Positions 49,090-51,496 of a stretch of DNA of 51,496 nt are shown here, piece after piece. The stretch is taken from positions 96,164,985 to 96,216,480 of the forward strand of contig NC_068986.1 of NCBI RefSeq assembly GCF_001194135.2, written 5' to 3'. A program made the translations under genes and the position numbers. Within the stretch, counting starts at the first letter, position 1, and every line of letters begins with the position of its first letter. This DNA is from Octopus bimaculoides. Lineage: Eukaryota. The notes beneath the pieces are model-generated. The model saw only the letters and a list, made by a program, of their open reading frames with translations. It was not told the DNA's origin and did no database searches.

Positions 49090-51145
49090 AGTCAGAGATC
49101 ACACTATCATTTGAACTGAATGCAGTATCCACATACACCATTCTAACTTGAGCTGAAGAGTTAAAGAAAAAAGCAATGCAATGCAATCAACTTGGAATTG
49201 GAGTGAGATGATTAAAATGGAATGCTTATTACTCATATGGACAGAAGACCATAAAAGCCACATTTCATCTAATACCCACTGCATCAAAACAAAAGCTTTG
49301 AGACTTTTCTCTATCTTGGAAAGAGAAGCTAAAGCAAAAGTAGAATTTTAAAAATCATAGATAGCTCTGGATGGCTCGCCTGCTTCAAGAAGTGGTCTAG
49401 ATTGCACAAGGTAAGAATTCAAAACAAATCTGCCAGTGCTGACAAAGAAACTACAGAAAAATTTTAAATACAATTTCAAAGGTTTTTAGAAGAAGAATGC
49501 TATGATGCCAGACAGATTTTTAATGTTGATGAGACTGCTTTATTTGAGAAGTGCATACCCACACAAACTTTCCTTGCTGAAGAGGTAAAAAATGTTCATG
49601 GCTGTGAAATGTCTCAAAGGATGGAATCAGTTTTACTGGAAGGAAATACTGATGGTAATTTCAAACTAAAGCCAAAAGTTGTTTGTTGGCACTCCATCGC
49701 TTACGACGCCGAGGGTTCCAGTTGATCCAATCAATGGAACAGCCTGCTCGTGAAATTAACGTGCAATTGGCTGAGCACTCCACAGACACGTGTACCCTTA
49801 ACGTAGTTCTCGGGGATATTCAGCGTGACACAGTGTGACAAGGCTGACCCTTTGAATTACAGGTACAACAGAAACAGGAAGTAAGAGTGAGAGAAAGTTG
49901 TGGTGGAAGAGTACAGCAAGGTTCGCCACCATCCCCTGGCGGAGCCTCGTGGAACTTTAGGTCTTTTTGCTCAATAAACACTCACAATGCCCGGTCTGGG
50001 AATCGAAACCGCGATCCTATGACTGTGAGTCCGCTGCCCTAACCACTGGGCTATTATGCCTCCACAAAGCCAAAAGTAATCAGTGTAAAGAAAAGCAAAG
50101 AGACTACATACAATCAACAAACACTATCAGTCATACTTTTGCAAAGATTGGCTCAAGACCTATTTCTTCTCAACAGTGAAACAATCCTAGATTTAAAACT
50201 TTGTTGCTTTTGGATAATGCTTCTGATCATCCTCCAGTGAAAAGTTACTTGTATAAAAATGTGAAGATTGTGTTTTTGTTCTGTAATACAAGATCCGTTT
50301 TGTAACCTATGGAGCTGAAGGTGCAACAGTTGAAGCTCAAAAGATCACATTTGAACAAGAAATATGAACTACAATGACTGTTAAGCCAGTTTCATGGCTA
50401 AGTTCTGGAAAAAGTTCATTATTAAGAATTAAAGTAACAACATTTGAGAGTCATGACAGTGAGTGATATCAAACCAAAGGAGAACTTCAGCTACACTGTG
50501 TGAGCAATTTTCAGGAATTAACTCAACAAGTGGTCACAATTGTTGATAAAATTGCCACCGATGAACATGAATTGGGCTCTGTGGAAGCAGACTTACCAAT
50601 AAACAAGAATTATTGAACTCACTTTCTGAAGAGTTAAATGATATTGATCTCATTAGTATTGATCAATAGCATGTATATGAAAACCAAGACTCATACACAC
50701 AGACAAAAAAATGCACGAAGAAGAGAAGAAATCTTTAGCACTACAGAAGAAATAAAGCAGAAAATTATGGATCTAGACTCAAATCTTGAAAATAACATGC
50801 AAGTTCCCTTAGCTATTGACAAAGCAAAGAATTGCTAAGGGAAAGAGTTTGAAGACAATAGGAGGAAAGCAGATGAGTGTCCAGACTTCTTCAGATAAGC
50901 TTTTCTTGGAAAAGAATGAAATGTTGAAACAATAGATTTATGAATATACACTTGATATCTTGTACTTGTTTTTCTTTCTTGTTAATGAGAAGCTAAATTG
51001 AAAATATAGTTAAAAACACAGATTTTAAAAGAAAGAAACGAATGTGTTGTAATATTTAATGAGTGCATTTAAATTTAATTAAGTCTATTTCATTTACCAA
51101 AGCACTTTAAAAAGATTAAATGACATACTAATTGAGGGACTCTTG
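49090..51145 (+). mobile_element. Tigger/pogo transposon remnant: decayed CENP-B/DDE_1 transposase and 3' TIR
   Basis: SGWLACFKK; QIFNVDETALF; GNTDGNFKLKP; LLLDNASDHP; NVKIVFL..NT..L*PME; right end ATTGAGGGACTCTTG|TA at 51131-51147. Left TIR not found. Confidence 0.88.
49680..50065 (-). mobile_element. Full-length family C SINE inserted in the Tigger ORF, 12-bp TSD
   Basis: AAAGCCAAAAGT at 49668-49679 and 50066-50077. Confidence 0.93.
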
Positions 51146-51215
51146 TATGAATGTACATATCTATCTATCTATCTATGTGTATGCATGTATGTATACATGC
51201 ATACATACATACATA

Positions 51216-51496
51216 GGCGATGACTACTGACCGAGACCTTTGGAAATGTGCTGTGCGTGAGAAGACCCGGCAAGCCAAGTAAGATCGTTGCCAGTGCCCC
51301 TGGACTGGCTCTTGTGCGGGTGGCACATGAGATGCACCATTTTGAGCGTGGCCATTGCCAGTACCGCCTGACTGGCTCCCGTAGGATTTTCGAGCGAGAT
51401 CGTTACCAGTGCCCCTGGACTGGCTTGTGCGGGTGGCACATAAAAGACACCATTTCGAGCGTGGCCATTTTCGTGCGGGTGACACGTAAAAGCACC
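51216..51496 (+). mobile_element. 5'-truncated RTE copy (last ORF2 codons plus repetitive 3'UTR); runs off the window
   Basis: AMTTDRDLWKCAVREKTRQAK* (stop 51280-51282) matches the end of the ORF at 2395. Confidence 0.92.

Overview
Eukaryotic, AT-rich, microsatellite-dense genomic DNA from a gapped draft assembly (12 N-runs). The SINE and microsatellite content suggests an octopod cephalopod; this is an inference, not a database match. I found no host protein-coding exon, rRNA, true tRNA or CRISPR array. The window is a nested mosaic of decayed mobile elements: RTE and CR1/L2-type LINE fragments, at least four SINE-like families (called A-D here), a stop-disrupted and truncated hAT transposase (27.3-29.9 kb), a Tigger/pogo transposase pseudogene (49.1-51.1 kb), and several MITEs whose TIRs and target-site duplications (TSDs) are readable. 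Most notable: (1) a 194-bp MITE with GG-initiated 47-bp TIRs and a perfect 8-bp TSD (Merlin-like signature) whose interior is almost entirely telomeric TTAGGG repeat with a 20-bp higher-order period; (2) a second, 60-bp GG-terminal element with an 8-bp TSD; (3) two degenerate Penelope/retrozyme-type minimal hammerhead ribozyme loci; (4) closely spaced inverted SINE and foldback pairs that could form dsRNA; (5) a 38-bp minisatellite with a detached seed copy; (6) twin CRE sites in non-repetitive DNA. Most ORFs in the supplied track are artefacts of microsatellites or N-runs.
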